Positions 1 through 8,650 of a stretch of 64,000 bases of DNA are shown here, in pieces; the stretch's first letter is position 1; each line of letters begins with the position of its first letter. The notes below the pieces were generated by a model. The model did not search any database, was not told the DNA's origin, and was given only the letters and a program-made list of their open reading frames with translations. Source of the DNA: an uncultured Oscillospiraceae bacterium (GTDB lineage Bacteria; Bacillota; Clostridia; Oscillospirales; Oscillospiraceae); assembly GCA_964495355.1 (NCBI GenBank), contig CAZBVU010000003.1:8775-72774 (forward strand). Direction: 5' to 3'. A program made the position numbers and the translations under genes.

Positions 1-2505
1 TATCTGGCATCCAAGGTCGGCAAAACCGTGGAGGAAATTCAGCCGCAGTTGGATAATCTGGTATACTACGGTATTTTCCGCCGTACATACAGTGCAGAGC
101 TTGGCGAGGACATCTACTTCATGCAGATATTTGCCCCCGGCATAATGGAGATGATGGTGAACAAGCCAGAGCTATTGGAAAGCCACCCTGAGGTTGCCCG
201 CGCATTTGAGGAGTACACCCGCATCCGTATGCAAGCACTGGGGCCGATACTGCCTGACGGTTACGGTCTTATGCGCGTTATCCCTGTTGAGGACGCGATA
301 AAGGACATCCCCGGTGTAACCGAGGATGAAAAGCTGAGTTATTACCTCAATAAATATGACACGTTCTCCGTGTCCCCCTGCTCATGCCGTGCATCCCGCA
401 CCACCTTGGGCGACGGTTGCGGCCACCTTGCCGAGGATATGTGCGTGCAGATGGGCAAGGGCGCTGAGCATTACATCCGATCCGGCAGGGCGCGTCAGAT
501 AACACGCGAAGAAGCGTACGAGATAATAAAGCGCGCTGAGGAGAACGGCCTCATGCACGATATTCCCAACATTGAGGGCGCGGGTGACAGCTCTGCCGTG
601 TGCAACTGCTGTGCGTGTGCGTGCTTTGGTCTGCGCGCGGGTCTGATGTTCGGCGCGAGAGACGCGATACGCTCAAACTACGTGGCTGAGGTTGACGAGG
701 CCAAGTGTGTGGCGTGTGCGCAGTGTGTTGAGGTCTGCCCCGGCAACGCGCTGAAGCTTGGTCAGAAGCTGTGCAGCACCGGCGACACAAGCGACGCTGA
801 ATACGTAAAGATAACCGATACCTTCAACTTTGCAAAGGCACGCAACGCAGACTACCGCGAGAACCGCGAGGATGTTGTCCCCTCCGGCACTGCGCCCTGC
901 AAGACTGCCTGCCCCGCGCACATTCCCGTGCAGGGCTATCTCAAGCTCGCCGCACAGGGGCGCTACACCGAGGCGCTGGAGCTTATAAAGAAAGAGAATC
1001 CCTTCCCCGCTGTATGCGGCCGCATATGCAACAAGCGCTGTGAGGCAGAATGTACACGCGGCGGCGTGGACGAGGCTGTTGCCATTGATGAGGTCAAGCG
1101 CTTTATCGCTGATCACGACCTCAACGAACAGACGCGCTTCGTGCCCAAGATGGTCAACCAGATAGGCCGTCCGTATGAGGAGAAGATCGCCATCATCGGC
1201 GCAGGCCCTGCCGGTATGAGCTGTGCATACTATCTCGCCAACAAGGGCTACCCCGTCACTGTGTTTGACAAAAACGCTGTTCCCGGCGGTATGCTGACGC
1301 TCGGCATTCCCTCTTTCCGTCTTGAGAAGGACGTGCTGAACGCAGAAATAGACATCCTGCGCGAAATGGGTGTTGAGTTCAAATGCGGCGTTGAGGTAGG
1401 CAAGGACATCACCATTCAGCAGCTTCGCGACGAGGGCTACAAGGGCTTCTATCTCGCAATAGGCGCGCAGAAATCCGCAAAGCTCAACATAGCCGGTGAG
1501 GAGCTTGACGGCGTGTACGGCGGTGTTGACTTCCTGCGCGGGGTGAACCTTGGCAGTGCGCCCGCGATCGGCAAGAGATGTGCCGTTATCGGCGGCGGCA
1601 ACGTGGCAATGGACGTTTGCCGCAGTGCCGTAAGACTGGGCGCGGACGAGACCTATGTGCTCTACCGCCGCACTGAGGCCGAAATGCCCGCAGATCCGGA
1701 CGAGGTGAACGAGGCCAAGGAAGAGGGCGTGCAGTTCAAGTTCCTTGCCGCACCGGTTGAGATAATCGGTGTTGACGGCAAGGTGTCTGCCATAAAGGTC
1801 GAGCTTATGGAGCTGGGCGAGGCTGACGAAAAGGGTCGCCGCAAACCGGTCGGCACAGGCAAATTTGACGTGATAGAGGTTGACAGCGTGATCGGCGCCA
1901 TCGGCCAGACGGTCGATTGGGGTTCACTCGACGTGGGTGAGCTTAAAACCACAAAGCGCGGCACCGCCGAGGCGGACGCCCTCACATATCAGACCGCGCA
2001 GAGCGATATATTCGTCGGCGGTGACTGCTACACCGGTCCGAAGTTTGCAATTGACGCAATAGCCGCCGGTAAGGAGGCCGCAATCAGCCTGCACCGCTAT
2101 GTCCACCCCGGCCAGACACTTACTGCCGGTCGTGACCGCCGTGTATACCGCGCAATGGATAAAGAGCACGCGCTTATTGATATCAGTAGCTTTGACAATG
2201 ACCACCGCCAGACCCCGGGCTACAACGCAGAAAAGGCCAAGACGTTCTCCGATGCCCGCGTCACGTTCACGGAAGAGCAGGTTCGCCGTGAGTGCGCACG
2301 CTGCCTTGGCTGCGGCGCGACAAAGGTGGATGAGTATCTGTGCGTTGGCTGCGGACTTTGCACCACAAAGTGCAAGTTCGATGCGATTCACCTCAAGAAA
2401 GTGCGCGATTGGCACGCCACTACCTTTGAGACCATGCCCATCAAGGTTGCAGAAAACCTTGTCAAACGCACCGGCGGCATCGTCAAAAAGGCGGTCAAGA
2501 AGTAA
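1..2505 (+). CDS. Fe-S flavoprotein oxidoreductase: GltD/NfnB-like NAD(P)H/FAD module flanked by 4Fe-4S ferredoxin domains (5' end probably outside the window)
   Basis: Frame 1 is open from nt 1, with no stop before the GTG at 28, so the gene is likely 5'-truncated. Ferredoxin-type Cys clusters are present (CVACAQCVEVCP; CLGCG...CVGCGLCTTKCK). A GltD-like segment is present (PCKTACPAHIPVQGY...ENPFPAVCGRICNKRCEAEC), as are Rossmann motifs (IAIIGAGPAGMSCAYYL; CAVIGGGNVAMD). Confidence 0.7.
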   Translation, partial: YLASKVGKTVEEIQPQLDNLVYYGIFRRTYSAELGEDIYFMQIFAPGIMEMMVNKPELLESHPEVARAFEEYTRIRMQALGPILPDGYGLMRVIPVEDAIKDIPGVTEDEKLSYYLNKYDTFSVSPCSCRASRTTLGDGCGHLAEDMCVQMGKGAEHYIRSGRARQITREEAYEIIKRAEENGLMHDIPNIEGAGDSSAVCNCCACACFGLRAGLMFGARDAIRSNYVAEVDEAKCVACAQCVEVCPGNALKLGQKLCSTGDTSDAEYVKITDTFNFAKARNADYRENREDVVPSGTAPCKTACPAHIPVQGYLKLAAQGRYTEALELIKKENPFPAVCGRICNKRCEAECTRGGVDEAVAIDEVKRFIADHDLNEQTRFVPKMVNQIGRPYEEKIAIIGAGPAGMSCAYYLANKGYPVTVFDKNAVPGGMLTLGIPSFRLEKDVLNAEIDILREMGVEFKCGVEVGKDITIQQLRDEGYKGFYLAIGAQKSAKLNIAGEELDGVYGGVDFLRGVNLGSAPAIGKRCAVIGGGNVAMDVCRSAVRLGADETYVLYRRTEAEMPADPDEVNEAKEEGVQFKFLAAPVEIIGVDGKVSAIKVELMELGEADEKGRRKPVGTGKFDVIEVDSVIGAIGQTVDWGSLDVGELKTTKRGTAEADALTYQTAQSDIFVGGDCYTGPKFAIDAIAAGKEAAISLHRYVHPGQTLTAGRDRRVYRAMDKEHALIDISSFDNDHRQTPGYNAEKAKTFSDARVTFTEEQVRRECARCLGCGATKVDEYLCVGCGLCTTKCKFDAIHLKKVRDWHATTFETMPIKVAENLVKRTGGIVKKAVKK

Positions 2506-2846
2506 TGCACGAGCTGGGTATCTGCGATGCTCTGCTGAAAATGGTGGAGAATATCGCCAAAGAGGAGCAGCTTGACACTGTTAAGCGCATTACCGTTGAA
2601 GTGGGGACGCTGTCCGGCGTTGTTCCGGCATTTCTAAGTGACTGCTGGGCGGCTGTCAGTGACGGCACAGCCTTTGCCGATACGGAGTTTGTGGTGGAAA
2701 GCATACAGGGCGAGGCCAAATGCCTTGACTGCGGCGCGGTTTTCACCGCTGATCTTGAAAACCTTGTATGCCCCTCATGCGGCGGCAAAAAGCTTACGCC
2801 CATTTCCGGCCGCGACCTCACGCTAAAGGAAATTGAAGTGCCATAG
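2505..2846 (+). CDS. hypA: nickel-insertion metallochaperone HypA
   Basis: 113 aa with the canonical MHELGI N-terminus. C-terminal zinc-ribbon motif CLDCG...CPSCGG. The ATG overlaps the upstream stop (TAATG at 2503-2507). Confidence 0.85.
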   Translation: MHELGICDALLKMVENIAKEEQLDTVKRITVEVGTLSGVVPAFLSDCWAAVSDGTAFADTEFVVESIQGEAKCLDCGAVFTADLENLVCPSCGGKKLTPISGRDLTLKEIEVP

Positions 2847-2862
2847 CCGGGATATAGACAGT

Positions 2863-2890
2863 AAGAGAGAGCCAAGATCGGCTCTCTCTT
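2863..2890. terminator. bidirectional rho-independent terminator between hypA (+) and the GNAT gene (-)
   Basis: 11-bp perfect stem AAGAGAGAGCC / GGCTCTCTCTT with a 6-nt loop, followed by a T-rich tract (ATTCTTATTCGTTCTTTT). Confidence 0.7.
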
Positions 2891-2912
2891 ATTCTTATTC
2901 GTTCTTTTCTTC

Positions 2913-3554
2913 TTACCAAAGCTGCTCCGACAGGATCGATTTCTCTTTCGGTGGGAAGAGCTTATCAAATTCCTCCGCTTCATTTTCGTCCACGAAGTAG
3001 CCCTGCGGCGTGGCATATTCACCGGTCACACCCGCGAGATACCCCTCCTCCAGCTCTTTGCACAGGAAGAAGGACGCATCCTCCCCCTCCGGCAGGCCGT
3101 GATAGCGTATGCCGAAATTGGACGCGTAGTCAAATCCGCTCTCGCCGTAAAAGGCAATATCGCCCTCAAAGCACAGCGCGCCCGCGCCAAGCGCCTTTGC
3201 TTTTTCCAGCGAATAATCCAGCAGGAATTTACCGTACCCCTGCCGCTTATACTCCGGCGCTATAGAGATAGGCCCCATTGTCATTATAGGCAGCTTGCTG
3301 CCGTCATCACAGCTTATCTCTGCACGGACAAATATGTTCTGCCCGATAAGCCGGCCATTCTTCTCCATAACGAAATTGAGATCAGGCACAAACGCGGGAT
3401 CATCGCGCAGTTTATGCAGTACATACGGCTCTAAGCACCCGGGGCGATACACATTCCAGAACGCCTCACGCACCAGATTTTCCACCTCATGCCTTTCATC
3501 AGGGCGTTCCAGCCTGATAATGCAGTCACTTGTGTTCATATTTTCTATATCCAT
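2913..3554 (-). CDS. GNAT family N-acetyltransferase
   Basis: 213 aa. Acetyl-CoA-binding-type motif RQGYGKFLLDYSLEKAKALGAGAL. Overall GNAT-like length and layout. Confidence 0.7.
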   Translation of the reverse strand: MDIENMNTSDCIIRLERPDERHEVENLVREAFWNVYRPGCLEPYVLHKLRDDPAFVPDLNFVMEKNGRLIGQNIFVRAEISCDDGSKLPIMTMGPISIAPEYKRQGYGKFLLDYSLEKAKALGAGALCFEGDIAFYGESGFDYASNFGIRYHGLPEGEDASFFLCKELEEGYLAGVTGEYATPQGYFVDENEAEEFDKLFPPKEKSILSEQLW

Positions 3555-3565
3555 AATATAACTCC

Positions 3566-4162
3566 TTATTGTTTATTCAACCTTTTTGCAGCGCTGTCAA
3601 GACAGCTATCGAGAATTTGCAGCACGGCGGCTTTATCATCTGCCGTGTCATATACGCTGTACATCAGAAACATCGGCGCATAGAACTCCACCGCGGCTCT
3701 CTCCGCGTCCGCGATGCCGTTGGCCGTAAACAGCTCCACCATATAATCTACCGGCCCCGAGGCGAGATACTGTTGATAAAGCACAGACTGTTCTGCACTG
3801 ACAAACTGCTCCAGCGTGAGCATCCGCCGAAAATCCGCTGCAAAATCGTCCTGCGTCCAATAGCGAAACTGCGCCTTTGCATAGGCCAGCATATCATCAA
3901 GCTCTGACGCGGCATATTTTTCCTCCATCTCCTCCGGCACCCCCTCCGGCAGAGAATACGCCTGCGCTCTCTCCGCGTCCCGCTGCTCCATGCGGTGCAG
4001 TATGCTGTCAAAAATATCGCGCTTGTTCGCATAATGCTTGTATAGCGCACCCTTTGTCATGCCCAGCGCACCAGCGATTTCGCTGACTGACACAGCCTCA
4101 TACCCCTTTTGTGCAAACAGCGACAGTGCCGTTCGCAGTATGCGCTCTTTTGTATCGCTCAT
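3566..4162 (-). CDS. TetR/AcrR family transcriptional regulator
   Basis: N-terminal HTH RILRTALSLFAQKGYEAVSVSEIAGALGMTKGALYKHYANKRDIF. 198 aa. Confidence 0.85.
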   Translation of the reverse strand: MSDTKERILRTALSLFAQKGYEAVSVSEIAGALGMTKGALYKHYANKRDIFDSILHRMEQRDAERAQAYSLPEGVPEEMEEKYAASELDDMLAYAKAQFRYWTQDDFAADFRRMLTLEQFVSAEQSVLYQQYLASGPVDYMVELFTANGIADAERAAVEFYAPMFLMYSVYDTADDKAAVLQILDSCLDSAAKRLNKQ

Positions 4163-4180
4163 GCTCTGCCCTCCCTTTTA

Positions 4181-4229
4181 GTGAACGTCCGTTCACCTGC
4201 ATTATAGTAAACGTTCGCTTACTTGTCAA
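4181..4229 (-). promoter_or_regulatory. consensus sigma-A promoter of the TetR gene, overlapped by two 16-bp operator-like palindromes
   Basis: On the minus strand, TTGACA (4229-4224) is followed by a 17-nt spacer and TATAAT (4206-4201). GTAAACGTTCGCTTAC (4207-4222) fills the spacer. GTGAACGTCCGTTCAC (4181-4196, perfect inverted repeat) sits just downstream of the -10. Confidence 0.55.
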
Positions 4230-4466
4230 GCATTTTTTGTGTTAGCAAGAACAAAAGGACGTTTTATGCGTCTTAATATAGAAATTCCGGTTTTGTGAGC
4301 AGCAAATATAACGGAAATGTGAATTTAATGAAATATTTCTTGTCATACACCCTCTTGTGTGATAAAATGTTTCGGTATATAAATTGAGATATTATGCTCT
4401 CGGATTGATCGCGGCGTTTTGCGTTGACAGAAAAATTACTGTACGTTGGCCGCATGGAGGATGTTT

Positions 4467-5579
4467 ATGAAGAACAAACAAAACAGCAAGATTGAATATA
4501 TCGAGCGCGATAAGCAGCCGGTTCAGGAAAACCCCGTGGCTGAGCGCGAGGCACGGCTTCGCCGCGCAAAGAACCGCCGCGTTATGTCGGTGCTGGACAG
4601 AATATTCGGCTTTATGCTGGTGACTGTGCTGGTTATCGGCGTGGCGGGTTTGGGGCTTGTCTACGTGCTTGAGCGCGGCCCCTCGGAGGCGCTTACCAAT
4701 ATGTTCGTGCGCACCATGCAGGAGACGCGCCGTTTTGACTTTATGGCCAATCTCTTCCTCACAGAGGATGAGGTATCCGCACTGAGGACGCAGAACAGCG
4801 CCGGTAACGAGATAAAGGACTTTGACGCCTCCCTCGTCACCATTGGCAGTGCCGCCGGTCAGGACGATGGCGCACAAGCCATCTACCCGGAGGACGAGGA
4901 CGGTGACGGTATCATCTTTGAAGAGATATCCAGCAGCGGCTACACCGGCTATCTTATCACGGTTCTTGACCCCAAGCGTATCATTCTCGGCGCGCCCGAC
5001 AACTACGGCAGTGTCGGTCTGACGCTTGAAGAAATGGTAGATAAGTATGACGCTATAGGCGGCATAAACGCGGGCGGCTTCCAGGATGATGGAGGCTCTG
5101 GTCTCGGCGGTGTGCCGGAGGGACTTACCCTCGTCAACGGTGAAAGCGTCGGCAAGACGAGCGACACGAGTATATTTGTCGGCTTTGATGATGACGGGCT
5201 TATGTACGTCGGCTACTACGATGAGTGGAGCGCAAATTACCACGGCATCCACAACGGCGTTTCCTTTGGCCCGATACTCATCATGAACGGTGAGGCTGTC
5301 AATGCGGACAATCTGCCCAGCGGCGTTAACCCGCGCACCTCTATCGGTCAGCGCGCCGACGGCGCGGTTATGATGCTGGTCATTGATGGCCGCCAGGTGC
5401 ACAGTATGGGCGCGACCTATGCCGACTGCCTGAACATCATGCTGGATCACGGCGCTGTCAATGCCATCAATATGGACGGCGGTTCCTCCACGAGTATGTA
5501 TTATAACGGCGAGTACGTCAACCGTAACTCCAGCAAGTACGGTGCACGTCCCCTGCCCTCTGCATGGCTTTTCAAATGA
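4467..5579 (+). CDS. membrane-anchored phosphodiester glycosidase family protein (DUF2233/NAGPA-like)
   Basis: One N-terminal TM helix (FGFMLVTVLVIGVAGLGLVYVL). Motifs GINAGGF, PRTSIGQRADGAVMMLVIDGRQ and AINMDGGSS. Start chosen at the ATG at 4467, 6 nt after GGAGG; the ORF is open from 4446. Confidence 0.7.
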   Translation: MKNKQNSKIEYIERDKQPVQENPVAEREARLRRAKNRRVMSVLDRIFGFMLVTVLVIGVAGLGLVYVLERGPSEALTNMFVRTMQETRRFDFMANLFLTEDEVSALRTQNSAGNEIKDFDASLVTIGSAAGQDDGAQAIYPEDEDGDGIIFEEISSSGYTGYLITVLDPKRIILGAPDNYGSVGLTLEEMVDKYDAIGGINAGGFQDDGGSGLGGVPEGLTLVNGESVGKTSDTSIFVGFDDDGLMYVGYYDEWSANYHGIHNGVSFGPILIMNGEAVNADNLPSGVNPRTSIGQRADGAVMMLVIDGRQVHSMGATYADCLNIMLDHGAVNAINMDGGSSTSMYYNGEYVNRNSSKYGARPLPSAWLFK

Positions 5580-5594
5580 TTGCGAGGTAGCGAG

Positions 5595-6734
5595 ATGTCA
5601 AATAAGAAGAAACTTGGAAAGAAAATATACTGGTTCAGTCTGCTGATATACACTATCGTTCTGGTGGTTATCGCCCTGCTTGCGCTGAAAGCGGTGTGGA
5701 GCTATGCCGAGCAGTACGAGGCATCCATGCCCGAGCCGGTGGTTGAACAATACATCGCCGGTCTCAACTCCAACCTTTTTGACGCGGGTGCGGCAGACAC
5801 TATCTCCGCAATGCCGCATGAGGTGCAGACTGACGAAGAAGTTCAGCAGGCTGTAAGTGAGCTGCTGAACGGTGAGATAACCTATTCCCGCACCACCAGC
5901 ACAGAGCCGGATGCGAACGCCTACGCAATTCTCTGTAACGGCAGCAGCTTCGGCAAGGTGTATCTCAAGCGTGATGAAACCAAGAGTGCTGACTTCATCT
6001 ACAACGGCAAGGAAGTAAAGCTTCCGTTTCTCACCTACGACCTGCGGCCTTGGGTGATTTCCAAGGAGGAGTTTGATTTCACCGGTTTGTACACCTCCGT
6101 TCAGGTTACCATCCCCGAATCCTACTCCGTCCAGCTTAACGGGCACACGCTTGACGAAAAGTATATTATTGAGCGCGACATTAAATACGATTCACTCAAA
6201 AACTACTACAGTCTCAACCCTGACCTGCCCACGAAGGTCACATACCGCTTCGACAACATCGTGGGCTATCTTGACCCTGTGATATTCGACGAAAACGGCA
6301 ATGAGTACACCATCGACACGGAAAGGGACGATTCCCAGTACATCAAGGACTGTGACGCGACCCAGCTTGCGCGGCTTGACGCGTTCTGCATCAAGTTTAT
6401 CGAGGCATACTGTCAGTACACCTCCGGCATATTGGGTGAGTATTCCAGCGGCGGCTATGCCACGCTTCAAAAGTATGTGATGGCAGGCAGTGATCTTGAC
6501 AAGCGCCTGTACGACGCGCTTGATGGCTACTACTGGGCGCATACAAACAGCTATACACTCGACAGCTATGTTCTCAACGGTGCAATCGACCTTGGTGAGG
6601 GCTATTATGTATGCGATGTCACCACAGAAACCACCTCTGTCACCTCCGGTAACGGTGTACAGAATGACGTAAACAACCTAAAAATCCTCATTGTTGATGA
6701 TGGTACGCAGATGTACGTTTTGTCTCTGGTCTGA
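5595..6734 (+). CDS. hypothetical membrane-anchored protein
   Basis: N-terminal TM helix (YWFSLLIYTIVLVVIALLALKAV), then about 340 aa with no motif I recognise. Lies between the phosphodiester glycosidase and GT2 genes with short gaps on the same strand. Confidence 0.5.
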   Translation: MSNKKKLGKKIYWFSLLIYTIVLVVIALLALKAVWSYAEQYEASMPEPVVEQYIAGLNSNLFDAGAADTISAMPHEVQTDEEVQQAVSELLNGEITYSRTTSTEPDANAYAILCNGSSFGKVYLKRDETKSADFIYNGKEVKLPFLTYDLRPWVISKEEFDFTGLYTSVQVTIPESYSVQLNGHTLDEKYIIERDIKYDSLKNYYSLNPDLPTKVTYRFDNIVGYLDPVIFDENGNEYTIDTERDDSQYIKDCDATQLARLDAFCIKFIEAYCQYTSGILGEYSSGGYATLQKYVMAGSDLDKRLYDALDGYYWAHTNSYTLDSYVLNGAIDLGEGYYVCDVTTETTSVTSGNGVQNDVNNLKILIVDDGTQMYVLSLV

Positions 6735-6757
6735 TCGGTTATGGAGGATAAACAGAT

Positions 6758-7849
6758 ATGGATGAAGAAGTAAAGCTTTGTCTCAGCTCCCTTGCAGTCA
6801 TACTCCCCTCTCTGAATCCGGATAACAAGTTTCTGGACGTTATAGACGGTCTGGACGAGCACGGATTTGAGCATATTGTTGTTGTAGATGATGGCAGTGA
6901 TGAGGAGCATCAGAAATATTTTGAGACGGCCAAGAATGACCATCCCAAGGTTGTTGTATTGCACCACGGTGAAAACAGGGGCAAAGGGCGCGGCCTGAAA
7001 ACCGCGTTTGCCTATGTGGAAGAGAATCTGCCGGAGGTTAAAGGCGTTATCACCATTGATGGCGACGGTCAGCACCTTGTGGAGGATATAATCGCGTGCG
7101 GCGTGCGTATGCTGCAAGAGGGCAACAAAGTTGTTCTTGGGTGCAGAGATTTCAACGCCCCGGGTGTCCCTCCGAGAAGCATTGCCGGCAACAAGGCAAC
7201 TGCGCGTCTTTTCCGTCTGTGCTACGGCATCAAGCTTTCCGACACACAGACGGGTCTGCGCGCCATCCCCAGTGAATACCTCGCTCCGTTCTGCGGCATT
7301 GAAGGCGAACGCTTCGAGTATGAGACGAATATGCTGCTGAATATGAAGCGGATGGGCATTGACTTTTATGAGCAGCCAATCACAACGGTATATGATCCGG
7401 AGGATTATAGCTCACACTATGATGCGGTAAAAGACTCATGGCGTATATTCAAAGTGATGTTCAAGTTCCTTGTCAGCTCACTCGGTTCGACCGTAATTGA
7501 CCTGACGGTATTTTATCTGGTTATGCGCTTTTTCGGCGCAGCCGCCGGAAAGTACGCTGAGCTGCTGGCCACTGTCGTTGCGCGTGTGCTGTCCTCATTT
7601 GCAAACTTCAACGCGAACAACAGCGTTGTTTTTGACAACAAGAAGGGCTATAAGCGGGCGCTTGTGCGTTACTACTGCCTGTGCATCCCACAGATGCTCG
7701 TCTCCGCCGGACTTGTCACGCTGATAAATGGTCTGCTTTCAAATTCCGCCCCCATTATCGCAACTGTAATAAAATTTGTTGTTGATATCTGCCTGTTCTT
7801 TATCAGCTATCAGATTCAGCGCGAATGGGTGTTCTCACAGAAGAAATAA
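6758..7849 (+). CDS. bifunctional glycosyltransferase family 2 / GtrA-like membrane protein
   Basis: The N-terminal GT-A part has VVVDDGSDEE and ITIDGDGQH (DXD-type). The C-terminal ~130 aa form four hydrophobic helices, as in GtrA. RBS GGAGGA upstream. Confidence 0.75.
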   Translation: MDEEVKLCLSSLAVILPSLNPDNKFLDVIDGLDEHGFEHIVVVDDGSDEEHQKYFETAKNDHPKVVVLHHGENRGKGRGLKTAFAYVEENLPEVKGVITIDGDGQHLVEDIIACGVRMLQEGNKVVLGCRDFNAPGVPPRSIAGNKATARLFRLCYGIKLSDTQTGLRAIPSEYLAPFCGIEGERFEYETNMLLNMKRMGIDFYEQPITTVYDPEDYSSHYDAVKDSWRIFKVMFKFLVSSLGSTVIDLTVFYLVMRFFGAAAGKYAELLATVVARVLSSFANFNANNSVVFDNKKGYKRALVRYYCLCIPQMLVSAGLVTLINGLLSNSAPIIATVIKFVVDICLFFISYQIQREWVFSQKK

Positions 7850-8322
7850 AGGTTATACATAAATGTTGGGGTACGCTACGCGTAGTGCGATGACGTACCC
7901 CAATATTTTACAATTCACATAAAAGCCGATGCAACCAGCCGTTCAGCTCGTCAGCAGTGCTGGGGCTTTTATGCAGTTGAAGCTCTGTTGAGCGTTACAC
8001 TGCCTAGGACAGCCTCACACAGACAAACAGTGCTTCGAGCGGATGTGCACGTTCCGCGCAGGAGCGTCCTCCATATAAATAGTATATTTCAGATAACAAA
8101 GATTGTCAACAAAAACTCCCTCGTCATCAATACTGTGGTTACCACAATGTTCATGCAGATTTACCGATGGCGAGGGAGCTTATTTGCAGCGCGTGTATCC
8201 ACACCAGACGGCACTTCTGCCCTTTCGGGTGATCTCGAAACCGTAGCAGCCACACGCGCAAATATATGAAAGATATATCTTCCATAATCAGTATAACCAT
8301 GTTAGCGTGTGATGTTAACAGC

Positions 8323-8357
8323 AAAAAAGCCGTGAGGTATAACTTCCTCACGGCTTT
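8323..8357 (-). terminator. rho-independent terminator downstream of tRNA-Ser
   Basis: The minus strand reads AAGCCGTGAGG-AAGTTATA-CCTCACGGCTT followed by TTTTTGCTG. Confidence 0.7.
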
Positions 8358-8362
8358 ACTTA

Positions 8363-8454
8363 TGGCGCAGAAGGAGGGATTTGAACCCTCGCGCGCTTTT
8401 TAGACGCCTACTCCCTTAGCAGGGGAGCCCCTTCGGCCTCTTGGGTACTTCTGC
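8363..8454 (-). tRNA. tRNA-Ser (anticodon GCU), class II with long variable arm, CCA encoded
   Basis: The reverse complement gives GCAGAAG-TA-CCC...GGG-G-CTCCC-CTGCTAA-GGGAG-(long variable arm)-GAGGG-TTCAAAT-CCCTC-CTTCTGC-G-CCA. Acceptor, anticodon and T arms all pair. 92 nt. Confidence 0.9.
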
Positions 8455-8650
8455 ATTAAGCTTAGATATGTTACCACACCCAGCGGATATTGTCAAGCCC
8501 TTTTGCCCTCTTTTTACGATTTACTTTTTTATACTATTTGCTCACAATGTCTAGTAAAAATTTTTCTTACGTCCTTGATAAGGCAGGCGAAATACGCTAT
8601 AATACATCTATCGTTTATATTTATAAATATATAACATAAGGAGAACAAAA

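Noticed and set aside
1-2505. Calling the first gene glutamate synthase small subunit (gltD).
   Set aside because: No gltB-like large subunit is adjacent. The protein has extra N- and C-terminal ferredoxin-type domains and is far longer than GltD. Only the family-level call is supportable.
7850-8322. A 470-bp gap with short ORFs (93 aa on the plus strand, 66 aa on the minus strand) and a Cys-rich minus-strand reading (…CGCYGFEITRKGRSAVWCGYTRCK*).
   Set aside because: The Cys-rich frame has no start codon or RBS, and neither ORF has a recognisable family motif. The gap is possibly a decayed gene, but the evidence is insufficient to annotate it.
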